Origin: Balanoglossus misakiensis
Taxonomy: Eukaryota; Animalia; Hemichordata
DNA length: 64,000 nucleotides
Direction of reading: 5' to 3'
Assembly (NCBI GenBank): GCA_040954595.2
Contig: CM082598.2
Span: forward strand, 5,471,097 to 5,535,096
The translations under genes and the position numbers were made by a program. Each line of letters begins with the position of its first letter. Position 1 is the stretch's first letter. Of this stretch, positions 1 through 15,600 are shown in pieces. Below the pieces are notes generated by a model. The model did no database searches. It was not told where the DNA came from and was given only the letters and a program-made list of their open reading frames with translations.

Positions 1-669
1 TGTGCAGATTTAATTTGCATCCTTCAGGAGATACCTGATAAACACTGCCAAAGAATTTAAAATATCGAAAGCATGATAGCAGAACAGTTTGCCACACAAG
101 TACCAGGATATAAAGGTCACATCAAGGTCATGAGAGTGGCCTATCAAAATGACACTTGGAGCAGTACGTTCAAGGAAGTCAGTTCCTGAAAACTTTTCTA
201 AACGGCTGCCTGACAATGACATTGTCACTGTAAAAAAATTAATATGATTTATTGATTTATTTCAAGGAAGACCAACGGGAACAAGACCCACAGAGTCCAT
301 ATGCAAACTGAATGCCAAATATGGCATCGCCACTGTCCGTGAGAGAAATATGTGTACACAAAATGGAGCTGACACATTTGAAGCCCAGCACATCAAAATG
401 GCCCCTGTCAGCCATATTGGACCACATCACAAAACACAAACTAAACCTGCAAGCTCAGTTCATGTATATGTGAGCAATATTCAAATTTGGTGAATATGTA
501 AAGAGGCTACGATAACAGAATATTCCAAATTGCCAAACATATCCTTGTGAGATCAATACCTATTCATAAAATTTGGTGAATAGTTTGACATGAATGAATG
601 AGATATCTTCCCTTTTCTTTGAATATTTGTGAAAATTAGAGACATAATGGATATGCAGTTGTATCTTAC

Positions 670-3600
670 CTCTCTAGTGGAACGGTCATATCATGTGTTT
701 TATTTAGTTCCTCCAGTAATTCAAGCTTTGACTGCAACACACTCATTCCTTTGGCAAAAATCCATTCAAATAGAAACTTGCATGGCTGTAAGAGATATAA
801 ATTCATCACAAAACTAGATTATTGTCAGAAATATGATGCAACCTGTTTCTCAAGGGACGTAGTGACAGCCCTCCTTTACAAATTCCATACAAGTCTTCAA
901 ATTGGCTATTTCCACATTACCCAACAATGAAATCACTGACAACAACTTCCCACACAATGCCATAATAAAATGCAACGTTATTTCTGATTGACAACAAATG
1001 AAATGCAATGTACAGTCAAACCTATCTATAGTGGCCAGTCAAGGGACTTTCCTAAACTGGCCTTTATTGACAGGTGGTCTTTATAGGCAGGTCATTAATT
1101 CACATGTAAATTGCACAGGGACTGTAACAAATTGACCAAGTATATAGAGGTGGCCACATACACAGGTTTGAATGTGTCTGATATATTCCCACCACACCAT
1201 AACAAAACAAAACAAAACAAAACTAAACTAAACAAAACAAAAGAAAACAAAACAAAACAAAAACTTGCACCTAATTGGCCGCTTACCTCTGAATCATTAA
1301 TTAGCAGCTGATATATTTTCACCCTGTATTCACCTTTCTTCAAGGCTCTGCCAAGTCGCACAGATATTTTACTGTCATCTCCGAATGATGAGAGGTTTTC
1401 ATTCAGTCGTATACATTCAAACTCTTGGTTATTTGGATAGACTCTGTATACCTACAACAGACGGATATAGAATTTGTATCTTAACCCTTTCACTACCATG
1501 GTAAAATACAACGCCTATCACTTAAGCGGCTCAAAATACTGATAAGAACTCCAATATAATTAGCCAGAGTAAACAAAGACTTTATGAATGAGTTGGCATC
1601 TGGTTACATTTGCAATGATCATTATAACTGATTACATAGCTCTGTATCAACATGTCCTGTTGCCCCTTCTCAGTGTACACATGTGTTTTAGACATGTTTA
1701 AAGCAGGACACCCCTAGCCATTTACATTGGAGTTCTTATCAGTGTTTCGAGAGCCGCTTAAATGAAATCCCTTGTATAAGACAAAACACATAAGCTCGGG
1801 CAGTACTCTGTGTGACATGATGCAATGTTTTGGAAGAGTGCCCTCTTATATGAAAAAGGCATATGGTAGCTACCGCTTCACACTTACCTTGAAATTCTGT
1901 GATGTCGCACCAATGTAGGGTTCTAATGATTTTTTGATAGCACCTAGTGTTATTCTTTTGTCTACATTGGCCAGCAACACTGAAAGATATCACAAAAGAA
2001 ACCAGTAAGTTGATTATATTGTTATGCAAAGTAACCACCACGCTCTCCCAAAATCCCTGGGAGAACACTGACAGGTCTATGTATGGGTTGGGTTCAAGAT
2101 GAAATATCAAATCTGTTTCTAGTCAGAACATGATGTACTGTGAAACCTGTCTATTAAGGCCACCTCTGGGACCAGAAAATATGTCCTGAATAAAGAGGTG
2201 TCCTTAATAGACAGGTAATATTCTTTTCAAACTGTGACTTTTGTCTTGAAAAATCTGTCCGTAATAGAGAGGTGTCCTGATTAGAGAGGTGTTCGTAATG
2301 ACATGTTTCACTGTATACTTACTTGTCTCCTCTTCATCTTCTTTGTATCTCTCTATATGTATATACCATTTCTTTTTGGTTTTGGGGTTTTGTTTGTGTT
2401 TCATTTCACTGTTTGACTCGAGTTCAAGTTTGTTGTCCGAGGTTTCTTCACTGTTTTGTTGTTTGTCACACTGTGTGCAGGTATTGCTGGGTTCTGAGTT
2501 CTCCCTGGTGCTGTCTTCTGTGACTTCTTGGGTTTTGCTTTCAGCTGGTGATGAGTCCGTTGTCTGGTCTGTGGTTAGCGATGAGTCCACTGTACCGTTT
2601 GTATCTGTGGTTGTCGAGACGTCACGTCCATGTTTCGTGTCTTTGGTTGCTGTAGACGCTGCTCTCTGACAAGCGTTTATGTCCGCTGTGTTTATGTCCG
2701 CTGTGTTATCCAGTGTCTGTGCGCTCGCCCCGACTTGTGGTGCATTGTCCGTTCCATCATTGCGACAGCCCTCTTGTGCTGTGTCCCTTACTTCTGCCAC
2801 GCCCGCGTCACAGTCTGTTTTGTCAACACTGGCTGCACAATCGCTTTCACAGTTACGCACAGGCCTGTCCCAGCACTCCGTTTCCGGAATGTCACGTTGA
2901 CCTTGACAGCTTTCCTGAGCGACGACGACACCTTGGCCGGAATTGTGAAGATTGCTACTGTGGTCGCCCTGACCCACATTATCCCTGGACGTGTCTGGGC
3001 CACCCTGAACACACACGCTGCCACTTGCAGAGTTTTGTGAGGTCTCATCAGACACGTGCGTATCGCGGAATTTGTTTTCCAAAGTCCTTGTGTCACTGCG
3101 TGTTTCTGTGATATCCCCATACGCTGGTAACTGGACTGTGAATGAAACCGAAAAAAGCTGATTAGGGACAAAGTCTCTCTCTCTCGCTGCCCTATTTTCA
3201 AATAATTATGTTTGATACAAGACACCGTTTATGTTATTCTACATGTGGATAAATAGTGAATGAATGTTCAACCACACACGATATAGGCCGTTCCCACCTT
3301 AACCCTTACACCCCCCGAATTCCGTCTGTAGAGGTCCAATATTACATTAGGAAACACTGGGTTTGGACTAAACCATTGCAGTGAAAGGGTTAAAGTAGCA
3401 CAATGTAAAATTCAACTCTACAGATAAATTGTTATCACATACAGACAACTCTAATACGCAAGATACTGTAAAATGTTTTATTTTCGCGAGCAATAAATTT
3501 TCGTGAAATACGCGAGAGCCAAAATATCATGAAAATAAAAAGTCACAATTGTTTTTGATGATAAAGATGCAGTGAATTAAATAAGAGAAACGCGAAAATT

Positions 3601-6600
3601 AAACAGTGGCCTCTCTCGACATCGCGAAAATTTCAACTCGCGAAAATAAAGTGTTTTACAGTAGTTACCTGGCAATGGGGTCGGTAATGAGATGTACACA
3701 CGTATAGTGTGCGCATATCTGTCGATCAATTCAAACAATCTGGAATCCCAAAATGGCAAAGAGGCATCCTCCTCATCATGGCACTCAATGAATACCTGCA
3801 AAAATCAACACAAACAGAGTGGTCATGTCGTGGGGCATTCATGAACCCAAACTCGTCTGAAATGATCACCTTTCCCAACAGAGAGTATTGAGGCCATCTG
3901 CTGATAAAAATCAAATATCTCTCTGTCGACTAAATACAATTTCATCAGGATAAAATCCAAAACCGGGTGACAGAAAACAGAATGAATTTCTTTCAAATAC
4001 AATTATGACTAGACAAGTAAATCTGTCCATTTAATAAAAACATAAATAGTCACAATGATTAGATAAACTGACTGTAGCACAATTGTGTAATGGACTATTA
4101 AAAAAGTTTTACTTTACTTGATAAGAATCAAAATTATGATACCTTCAGAAGTTATATTTTCTTTCTAGTTTTCTATCATGATGCATGATCAAACATGCTA
4201 TTTTGCAGTGAAGAAGTTGCTATGGACGATTACAAAATATTTCCATATGTATTGAACATCATTATTGCATAAGACTAACAAATCCTCTCATAAAATTATA
4301 CCATGACAAATCAATTTTTCAAGCAATTTTAAGTCACAAATTTTATTTCAAAGGCCCCTTTCGTGACTATTTCTCACCTTGTTACTCCGGAAGAAACCCT
4401 CTGCTTTGAGTGACTTGTTTGCAACAGTGAGTAGCCGTAGGTCGTTGTAGTATCTTTCAAGAACCACACGCATTGTATTCTTGTTGCCCTTCCCTGTGAC
4501 CTGAAGTGACAAGGCAAGATGATAGACATTGAGTAGACAACAACCAACAATTCTTGCTACCTTAGAAGGACAAAGTCTCTCTCTCGCTGCCCTTTTTCCA
4601 TTAATTTTGTTTGATACAAGACACCGTTTATGTTATTCTACATGTGGATATATAGTGAATCAACATTCGACCACACACAACTTCCATCCCGTACATGTAG
4701 GATATCAGAGTAAAAATCTCACCCAAAATGAATAAACGGTAAACACTGATTATTCATTTTGGTGAGTTTTTCACTCTCATGTCTACAAGTGGGATGGAAG
4801 TTGTGTGTGGTTGAGCATTTCAATGTTTCTAACACGAATTTGGTTAATTTGTGACCGTGTGAGAAATAGAATCTCATACACCAAGGACCTGGGAACGTAT
4901 TTCTCACACTCGTCTGCAGTTCGTGTGGGACAAAAATCCCCAACTCGTGTGAGCAATATGATCCCAGGTCCTTGGGAGTGTGAGATTCTATAATTCCAAT
5001 TCAGACTATGTACATACCTCTGCTAATAACTGTTTAAAGTCACCCACAGTCTGCGATAGATATGCTCTGACAGTGATTGGTGGATGCATAATATCAGCTG
5101 CTACGTCCACTTCATATACTTTCACTGTCACACCTACAAAGATCAAATATCAAATATGGGGGTCACACAGGGACCATTAAGATGTTTCTGAAATGTCTCA
5201 GATCAAATAATGGCATAAATTATTATGTGTGAATGGTTTAAGTGGCTCTGAAACGTCTCAGATTTGAGATGGCTTTTCTGGCCAGACCAGAGCCTGTGTG
5301 AACCTAGTAATATACTTTGTGTGTGTGGACACAAGACGACTCAAAAGGATTAATGCTCTGTGTTTACCATAGGCAAATAGTGTCTCTGAAATGTTTCAAA
5401 TTTTTACCGGTAAAAGATTGAAAGACACACTGTTATTCACACATGTACTTGAACAGCTAATTTAGCTTTCACCTTGACTTCAATCAAATAAAATTAATAA
5501 ACATGGTGCAATGAATTTAGTCACAACATCTACAAAATGGCTCTAACCAACTGTTCCCTGGTACCATGTTGGAGCATATCACAAACTGTTACTGACAAAA
5601 ATACTGTAAAACACTTTATTTTCGCGAGCAATACATTTTCGCGTAATACGCCAGAGCCAAAATAGCGTGAAAATAAAAAGTCGCGTAAATCTTTTTTGAA
5701 GATAACGATGCAGTGAATGAAATAAGAGAACGCGAAAATTAATACTCGCGAAACAGTGGCCTCTCTCGATATCGCGAAAATTTTAACTCGCAAAAATAAT
5801 ATGTTTTACAGTACTTCAATATGCATATGACCATTTTAGTCTTATGCAACATCAATGTACTTGAGGGGACTTATAAATCTGAACAGTATTTGTCAAATGA
5901 ATTGTTACTTACCACCTGGTTTGTACACCTGGAATGTTTGTTCGGGTCTTCTTGTCTCCATCAACAGATCAAAGGAATAGGAGGATTTGACGCCACCCAG
6001 GATGGTCCCAATACTGGTCTCCTCGTCGCCTTCATACGATTTCTCCAATGAATCATGAAATTCATCGTATTTCACCAAACGACACAACTCCAGTGGCAAT
6101 ACATCATCTAGATCCAGAAGCTGTAGACCAGAAATTCACGTGTAAGTTTTAGATTAATTTTACCAATTTAGGACCATAGCTACTGTAAAACACTTTCGCA
6201 ATATCGAGAGAGGCCACTGTTTCGCGAGTATTAATTTTCGCATTCTCTGATTTCATTCACAGCATCGTTATCTTCAAAAAAAATTTACGCGAATTTTTAT
6301 TTTCACGCTATTTTGGCTCTCGCGTATTTGGCGAAAATTTATTGCTTGTGAATATAAACCTAAAGTGTTTTACAGTATATCAAAGGTTAACCCTTTCACC
6401 TCCAGTTCCCTCCACAGATGTCCAACTTTACAATAGACAACAATGGGTTTGGACTGAACCATTGCAGATAAAAGGTTAAGGCAATCTCGTATGTTGCCTG
6501 ATTATTAAACAGGATCATGATGTAGGAAACTGACAACTATTGTGATATTTGTTTTATGTTTTAATCTTGTGGCACTGTAAAAGGCAACTACCTGGTAGTA

Positions 6601-9600
6601 GTACTCACAAAAATGTGCGTAATTTTGTATTTACAAACATGCCAAATGAAAATGTTCTGCAAATTTTGCGTTTGACGCATTCAAATAATAGACTGTATTC
6701 GCTTCCTTCCATATTTCATGCGCACTGTATAAGTAGACTTTACTTTTGTCTCTTCTTTTCACTCAATTTGCTGTCTTTTCCCGATCTCCGACACAGACTA
6801 TGGTCGCCGCCATCTTGTCTGTTGTTAGGACAGCACACAGTCTTATGGCATTGACTGTATAAAATTTTTGTAACCAGAGTCTCTGGTTTAGCATAAGATG
6901 TTCATAACCCTTTAATGCTTTGAACCGCCTGGCTAGAAAATCATGACATCATAACCGACCTTTGTGGTCAGGGTTCAAAGGTTACAGCAAACTCTCCTTA
7001 CCATGTAAGCTAACTCTGTAGCTTCCTTCAGGGTCTTGTCTTTGTGCACATCCAGTCTTCTTTCCAGCATCTTGTTCTTCACTGGATGAAAACCAAATAA
7101 CTTGATCTGCAAATGAGAAAAGGAAATAATCAGATCTGCAAATAAGTAGTTTCCGCCACAAATCCATACACACACAGATCTCAGAAGACCCTATTAGGCT
7201 GTTCACATTACTCAAACAAGGCTAGGACCTTGTCCTAGCTAGGTACGTGGCCAAGCAAAGAAACAGGTGTGAACGGGTCTGGCCGACCCTTGTCCGGACA
7301 ATTTTGGTCCTAGTCTAATGGGGTGGTTTGTGGTCGAGTCTTGTCCCAGCCTGGTGTGTGTGGACACGTTTTGTCCGACTCTGGTCCTAGTTGACACCTT
7401 TAACAATTGACATAAACAGTGTAGTCTATCATTTGACAATGGTTACAGGTGTATTATGTTGCCCTCATGGCCAGTGAGCATGTGTATACTGAAGTTTGTA
7501 ATCTGCCACAGATCAAGGGTTTTTGAGTGATAAATTGTAAGTTCTACTCACTTTACAAGTATTGCGATCAATTTCTTTTTGTCTTCTCTCAAGCTCCTCT
7601 TGTTGTTTGAGTTGCTTCACTAGCTGCACTATGTGTGGAGGGAAATCCGTTTCTTCCATAAAACCTGTCAGAATCAGAACAGTTTGGGTTAGAGGCACTC
7701 TGTGTGTTAGACGCTGGCCATGTTGTGTGGGATTTGCTTGATGTTAGATTTCTCTGTCATTGGCTATGCAATCAGCGTGTAAAATACCACAGACACTAAG
7801 TTAAAGCCCCTATAGCTACCAAATTTCACATATTTTTTCCCCACAGTAAATACTTCAAATATATTCCCTATCCTTTAAAATCTAACCATTTAAGCCATAT
7901 TACTTGCATTTGCATCAGTTTGTCATCTCTTGGCGACACCTACCACGATAGCTGTGTACTGTTTGTATGGAGGCTGATTAAATCAGTGCGGCACCGTTTT
8001 AATACATAGCGCGTTCAAATTACAACATGCAGTCACAATCGGGCATCAATAAGGTGTTGATGTATACATCAGTTAGCTTATTCAGAGGGACCAATTTAAA
8101 GTTGGAAAATAAAATGATCGTGAAAATAATTCAAAAAGTGGCAGCTCTAGAAGCTTTAAAGTTCTGTGTCACTGTCTATGTCATCTGAGTCTGTCACCAA
8201 CAGATTTATGTTTTCTGTTTCTGTGGTCATTATTTGAGGGACTTTCACGATTTGGTGGTCTGCATCTTACATTGAAATCTTACACTGACAAATACTAACA
8301 TAAGGTAAAAAAAATGTTTCTGGTCAGCGCAAGCATCACTAGAATAACAGCGTGTCACCCCTTTTTTCCTGTTCTGTGGTGGTTGCCATGGCAACTCAAA
8401 CTACTTCAGCTAGCTATAAATCACTGGACACTTTGGGGCGCGTGATCAATGACTACATGAACAGTATACATGAGACTATATTGATACAACTATAAAATTG
8501 ACCATCCTTCCTCCCTTGAGGTGAAAAAAATCGCATTGCCGCACCATTTTTGAAAGAAAGGTCAGACCAGAAACATTTCTTTTTTTTGGTTGGCCTTAAG
8601 AACAAGGTACTGTAACATACGATTACATGTTGACTTGTTTTGCTACCCGATCCAAGATGGATACCATGCTTTGAATGTGTTATCTTTGAGCTACAGTCAA
8701 ATCCCTGTCAGTGGCCACCCCTATAAAGCGGTCACCTCTATATAGTGGCCACTTAGTTACAGTCCCTGTGCAATTCACACGTGTGTTAATTAACCTCTAT
8801 ATAAAGGTCACCTCTCTATAAAGGCCAGTTTAGGAAAGTCCCTTGACTGGCCACTATAGACAGGTTTGACTGTACCAGCAAAAATATCTTACTCTTGTTT
8901 TTCTCTGGAAGTACTCGTCTATACATCAACATATACGCATTGGTGGAACTGGAATAGGCGCTCAAATAATAGCCTTTGTGTGACCCCAAAGAGCCACCAT
9001 ATGTCTTGCGGATATCATCCTGGGTGATTGTGGAAACATGTTGATCATTGAAACAGTACCACTGCTGGTCTTTGAAGGATCTGAAAAATGCGGGAAAGGT
9101 TTTAGTTATTCTTCAATCAAGCAACTATGCATTTTCAAGGGGTGGTTGATAAGAATAGCAGATTAATAACATTAAAGGGACATAGTCTCTCTCTTGCTCC
9201 CCTTTTCCCATTAATTATGTTTGATACAAGAAGCCATTTATGTTATTCTACATGTGGATATATAGTGAATCAAGGTTCAACCACACACAACTTCCATCCC
9301 ACTTGCAGACACCAGAGTGAAAAACTCGCCAAAATGAATAATCGGTCTTTACTATTTATTCATTTTGGGTGCGATTTTTACTCTCATATCATACAAGCGG
9401 GATGGAAGTTGTGTGTGGTTGAATGTTCATTCCACATGTAGAATACAGTAACATAAACGGTGTCTTGTATCAAACATAATTAATAGAAAAGGGCAGCGAG
9501 ACAGACGTTGTCCCTTTAACCTACATATAAAACATACTGATATATCCAAGTTATAATTATGGGAGAACTTACTTAATATATGCATAATAGTGGCCCCCAG

Positions 9601-12600
9601 CTGCACTGCCTGAATGTACCATGATGGAAAACAACTCATAAGTCCATCCATCCTTTGTAAACAAAAAAATCAAATGCTATCATGAGGGACATGTTATTAC
9701 ACAATATTATACATCTGGCACAGAGAACAATAGAATTTGGCCTGCGCTATAAAAAAAGCCGCACGAACAGGACGTACTGTAAAACACTTTATTTTCGCGA
9801 GCAATAAATTTTCGCAAAATATGCGAGAGCCAACATAGCGTGAAAATAAAAAGTCGTGTAAATTTTTTTGAAGATAACGATGCAGTGAATGAAATAAGAG
9901 AACGCGAAAATTAATACTCGCCAAACAGTGGCCTCTCTCGATATCGCGAAAATTTCAACTCGCGAAAATAAAGTGTTTTACAGTATTTAACACACGTTAA
10001 ATACATGAACAGTTTCAAGGCACCTAAGCTCACCGTGTACAGGTATGCATTGTTAATACGAGTGCTAATGTCTTTGTGCATACTTGACGGTATTTTCGTA
10101 ATAACCTCACAATATTTGCATATACTGTACTGTGAGTTTTGTCTGAATTTCAAAGTCTCTCCACTCGAATGTACAAGTTACAAGCGCGTCTGACGTCATT
10201 TGATATCGAAGAATCAAGGCACGCTCATGGCTGGTGGAAATGATTTCTGACTCCACACCTTGCTTTGTGTTACCTCCTCTGGCTGACTGCACTCAGCATT
10301 TGCTGTCTGTTCGATGTCGATCCCTTCATCCACGCCATCCTCCAGACAGTCACTGCTGTTGTTGCTATGGCAACTGTCTTCGTTCTCAGCACCACTGTCA
10401 GTATTGCTTTCAGGATCTGATTTCTTCTGGGCGGATGAGAAAACGAAAAATAAGGTTTAACCCTTTGAATGCCACATTTATCACTGTCAAAATGTGGTGC
10501 AACATTTTTATCATTTTCACTCATTTTCCCCCTTAATTTTAGACCAAGTGGACATAATGTTCCATTGTCTACAGGTCTTGATCAAAATGTTAGAAAAAAA
10601 ATATGGTAAAATTTATGAGGTTAATTTTGTGAAAAATGACGACAAGTTGACTATGGCGTTGAAAGGGTTAAAGGTATACGGTCACCTATGTAAATATAGC
10701 TATAGTTACCATGGTAAACTGAGATCTAGCCAATCACAGATTTTCAGTGGGTGGCACACGCGAAAAAAAAGAGCGCCACCATTTGTTCTTTAGAACGCTC
10801 AAATACTCCATTTCAGCCATATATTCCTAATGCTACTGGGTGTCATAGCCCGTTGGAGTCTCAAGTCCACAAAAATACATATGGCACTGGAATACATATT
10901 TTGACGAAGTTGGTATCATTGATTAGCTGCCATGTGTGTATTTAGATGGGGTCGTTTGCCTCAATTTAGCTGTATCCACTGTTAATGATCATCTTGGCCT
11001 AATCAAATTACCTAGAAGATCCGGTTTAGTACATGTATGTAACCAGCTGTACAAATACACAGTCTGATACCAATTCATTCTCTCCATGGTCAAGTATACA
11101 CAGCATTCTAGGTGATATGAAAATGACTATGTTTGCCACTGACACAGCACTGTTAGGGTTAAATACATGTGCAAGAATGACAATATCTGTACCTGAATAT
11201 CACCATCATCAGTGGTAAACGGAGAAAGATCCAAGATTGCAGGAAATGTCATTCTGTGAATGTGAAAACAACATCACAAATATTTACTTGTATTGGAATT
11301 AACATGAAATCATATTTTGGCAGATAATGGAAAGATTTCGCAAATTACACTGAAGAAAAATGTCTGATGGATATTGTGTACACATACATAGTCTCAATAT
11401 CCAGAAAGACAAAACACCTCCAAAGAAAATTCGCATCAACACAGAGCAAAAAAATTATCATTGCGGAGTTTTGTAGAACAAGGCTGTTAATATCACAAAA
11501 TTATGTGAACATCTAAGCATGTTTGAAGTCTTACCAACTACTGTAAAACACTTTATTTTCGAGAGTTGAAATTTTCGCGATATCGAGAGAGGCCACTGTT
11601 TCGCGAGTATTAATTTTCGCGTTCTCTTATTTCATTCACTGCATCGTTATCTTCAAAAAAAAACTATGCGACTTTATATTTTCATGCTATTTTGGCTCTC
11701 GCGTATTTGGCGAAAATTTATTGCTCGTGAAAATAAAGTGTTTTACAGTAAATATGAAAATAAAAGCATACTTACTGATCATTAAGTTTAATTCTGTGCA
11801 TAGTACTGTAATCGAAATCAAAGCGTTTCAGTTGCAGAGTCAACAGATACGGAAACTTGAGGAATTTCAGGCCTTTGTGAGCATCACATTTCTTGTTGCA
11901 TTTCTCACAAAAGTACTGTTGAATAAAAATTGATAATAAAATTCATTATTTCAAATAAATCATAGGATTCTGATAAACCTAAAGACAAACTCATGAATGA
12001 GAGAATTAATTATTTTGTGATCAATGAAGGAAAACAATTCAAAAAGTAGTTTATACTTCATATCACACTATCAGACAAATTAAAGTTTCATTAATCCCAA
12101 CACTGCCTAGTCAGCTAAAACTGGTTTGATTTCCAGGGTTCCAAGAATCCTGGCTCCCAGGCCTATTAGACTGCCAAGTGTGTGTTATTCAGTAGAGCCT
12201 ATACAAGACCCTCAAACCAAACCAGTGTGATTTGGGACATTTTACAGGGGGCTCAGACTGCCAAGTGTGTCTAAGTACATATGAGAGCCATGTCAAGACA
12301 GTCAAAATACGTTTTAGAAGAAAAAGTGGCAAATACGTATTTTAAGGGACTTGGCTCTCTGAACAGGTTTGACAGCCAGTAGCATTAGGGATATGGATCA
12401 TCTCATGAAAGAGTATTGGTTGGCAGTGTGCTAAACAGCTAGTCATTCAGCTAGACGATAAATAATTGGGCAATGTATCTGATGTAAAACACCAAGCACT
12501 CAAGGTTTCTAAGTCTTATTACGAATAAATGAGGATGACATCACAGACAAGAGTCAATATACATCATATTTACCTGATTACTGCCCTCTAAAGTTTCAGG

Positions 12601-15600
12601 CTGCACAAATGCTTCTAAAGCTCTGGTCTGAAGGACGAAAAGAAGACAAATCAAGTCTAGTTTGAACAAAACTAGAGTTTGAGTCTTGTTAAACAGTCTT
12701 ACACATAATATTTTGATGTTTGAATTAATATACATGTAATGACAGTAACGCAATACACAAAAGTGACAAAACCATGTGATGACCACACTTACCAGACTGC
12801 CATATGATTGGGTGGATCCAAAGGGTCGAATGGTGAGTGGAATATCCAAGAAAGCATCGGTTCTTGCACTCTCATAGCCACACTGAAAATAACCAAAGTG
12901 CAAAGATGTTTAGTTTGACTTTATTAACTGCATTGTCAGTGTCTCCTACAATCTAACCATTAAGACGTAACCATTAAGGTTGCATTTTCCCACGGTGGCG
13001 GCCATAATCGCTTGCGGCAAAGCTTTATTATTTATCTGGTTAAAACTTGCATATGCACTCATATTTAGGGTTTATAATGCTTGTGTATAGTTCATATCAC
13101 TGCCTTCATCTGCATGGACTAATGGCAGTACAGTTTGAAACAAAAATTATGATAATTATCCCAAAAGTTGCAGCTTATGTGCCTTTAACCCTGAATGGAA
13201 CCAAAAGCCTGGCTCTGGTAATTAATTCCCAGTCCCTCACAAAGCACTCATAAAAACTTGTCAACTCTGGGAACTGGTTTTTGTTTTCAAGTTTTTGTTT
13301 TTTCATTGGAGGTCTGTATGAGACAAATTTCACAACAATGCCATTGTATCATTTATATATATGTCCATGTCAGCTTCAATATTCACTTTTCTACTTTATA
13401 AATTTCGTCTAGGTAATTCCAACAAAAGGTGACTTACTTCAAGACATTTGACGTAGTCTTTCATCTTGCCCTGATAGAGCTGGTTGATGAGGTCAGCTTG
13501 TTCTGTATGTTTGAATTTGGTTTCCAGGGCATCGAACATGACTCTGCATAACTCCTGTACATCATGTTGCTGCCAAGCTGTAAACACCAAACACACATCA
13601 TGCACAAATGATTAAAGATCCATTAGCAGCCATTTTTTTCATATTTTTAATCAATGAAATAATTAAATCTTTTCCTTATCCTCAGACGACAAACAAGACT
13701 TGCAAGATTCTAACAGTCACCAATATGCACACACCAAAATAGGTGTTAAAGGGACAAAGTCTCTCTCTCTCGCTGCCCTTTTTCCATTAATTATATTTGA
13801 TTCAAGATACTGTTTATGTTATTCTACATGTGGATATATAGTGAATCAATGTTCAACCACACACAACTTCTATCCCGTTTGTAGGATATGAGAGTAAAAA
13901 TCTCGCTAAAATGAATAAATGGTAGAGACCGATTATTCATTTTGGCGAGTTTTTTCACTGTCATGTCTACAGGTGAGATGGAAGTTGTGTGTGGTCAAAC
14001 ATTGATACACTATATATCCACATGTAGAATAACATAACATAAACTGTGTATTGTATCAAACATAATTAATAGAAAAAAGGGCAGCGAGAGAGAGACTTTG
14101 TCCCTTTAAGGCAGCCAGAATAGACAGAGAGTCTGAGAAGAATGTTGAGCCTTACCCTCTGTACTATCCCAACCAAAGCTTTTTGTCACATCCGTTGTTT
14201 CCACAGACTTCTTCTCACTCGTCTGCATCTGTACAAACAATCTCTGCAGCTGATAAGGAATACTCTTACTCGCTTCCTGATAAGGAATACTTTTAGTCAT
14301 CTCTCCGGAATCATTCCCATCAAATTCCCACCTGGAAAATTACCATGTATTTCAGTTGGGACATAATATTAGAGATCACATCCTGTGTTTTGTGTGCTCT
14401 TATACAACAAATAATTGAAAAATTTAGATGTTTTGCTCTTGTTGTATTTCATTCAGCAGACAGAAGTCAATAATATAGAAATAATGGACGACACCCTGAC
14501 CCATCTACACACCTGTACAGAGCATTTCTGAACTCTGGAGTCATGTATAATGTCTGCAGGAGACTGTTTAAGTAACACGTCATGGCTTGATTCACCAATC
14601 CAACAAAACCTAAAAAAAATACACAATTAAATAGTTTTAAAAGGCAACAGTTAATACATCATTTCCCCATCTTGCCAACCAAACAAGAGTCCGGGGGGGG
14701 GGGGGGGGGGGGGGGGGGTGTCAAACTGCCAAGGTGTGTCTAAGTACGTTTAATTATGTATGTATTATGAGCCATGTGTGAAGCAAAATGGCACATACAT
14801 ATTTTAAAGGACTTGACTCTAAACAGGTATGACACCCAGTAGCATTAGGGTTAAAAAGCAGAATATCACCTCCATATAAATGTATTCTAAATCCCATTGT
14901 TTTTTTTGCACATGGATCTTTTTCTTCATGTTACGTTTATTAGAATTCCCAGCTATGGTCGTTCCTGTTGCTAACTACAGGCTCTGAAAAGACTTACCAG
15001 TGTCTGGTTTGAGAACGGATGAATACGGAGTGTAAGGGTACTCTGGTGGACTTGTATTGTACGAAGAGGAGAAATCTGTGGTTGCTGCTGAAGCGCCCCC
15101 AACGGTGCTACTGAGTTCACTGCTACCTGTCTCCTGCTGCAATGAAAATGTCACAATCTGGTCGTAAACTAACTAGACGAATTCATGTTGTTGCTAATTC
15201 TTCTCCACCAAAATATTGCTCATTAAAGGCAATAGATCGTCTCAGGCGCATGCGCGTAACTTCCCAGCAAATTTTCCGTTCGATGCATTCAAATAGTGGA
15301 CTGCCTTCGCTTCCTTCCATATTTCATGCGCACCGTATAAGTAAATTCTGGTTTTGTCCCTCCTTTTCACCCAAGCTAGTGTCTTTTCCCGATCTCCGAC
15401 ACAGATTATGGTCGCCGCCATCTTCTCTGTTGTTAGGACAGAGCACTGCCTTATGGGATTGACTGTTCACTAAACGTCTGTAACCAGCGGCTACAGCTGG
15501 AACATGCGTGTGAGACCAGCTAGGCGCTTTAAAGCCCCTATAGCTGCCAAATTTCACATATTTTTTCCATAATAAAATACTTAAAATATATTCCCTATCC

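Noticed and set aside
10-445. Minus-strand ORFs 10-228 and 257-439 as further USP47 exons
   Set aside because: Splice-like signals are present, but the translations do not resemble the expected USP47 continuation. The next exon probably lies outside the window.
2323-3135. 292-aa low-complexity ORF as an independent gene
   Set aside because: It splices in phase into USP47, at a position where USP47 has a disordered acidic/Ser-rich region. The overlapping antisense ORFs are shadows.
14692-14718. Long poly-G runs here and at 20630-20646 as functional G-quadruplexes
   Set aside because: Simple homopolymers of uncertain length with no independent support.
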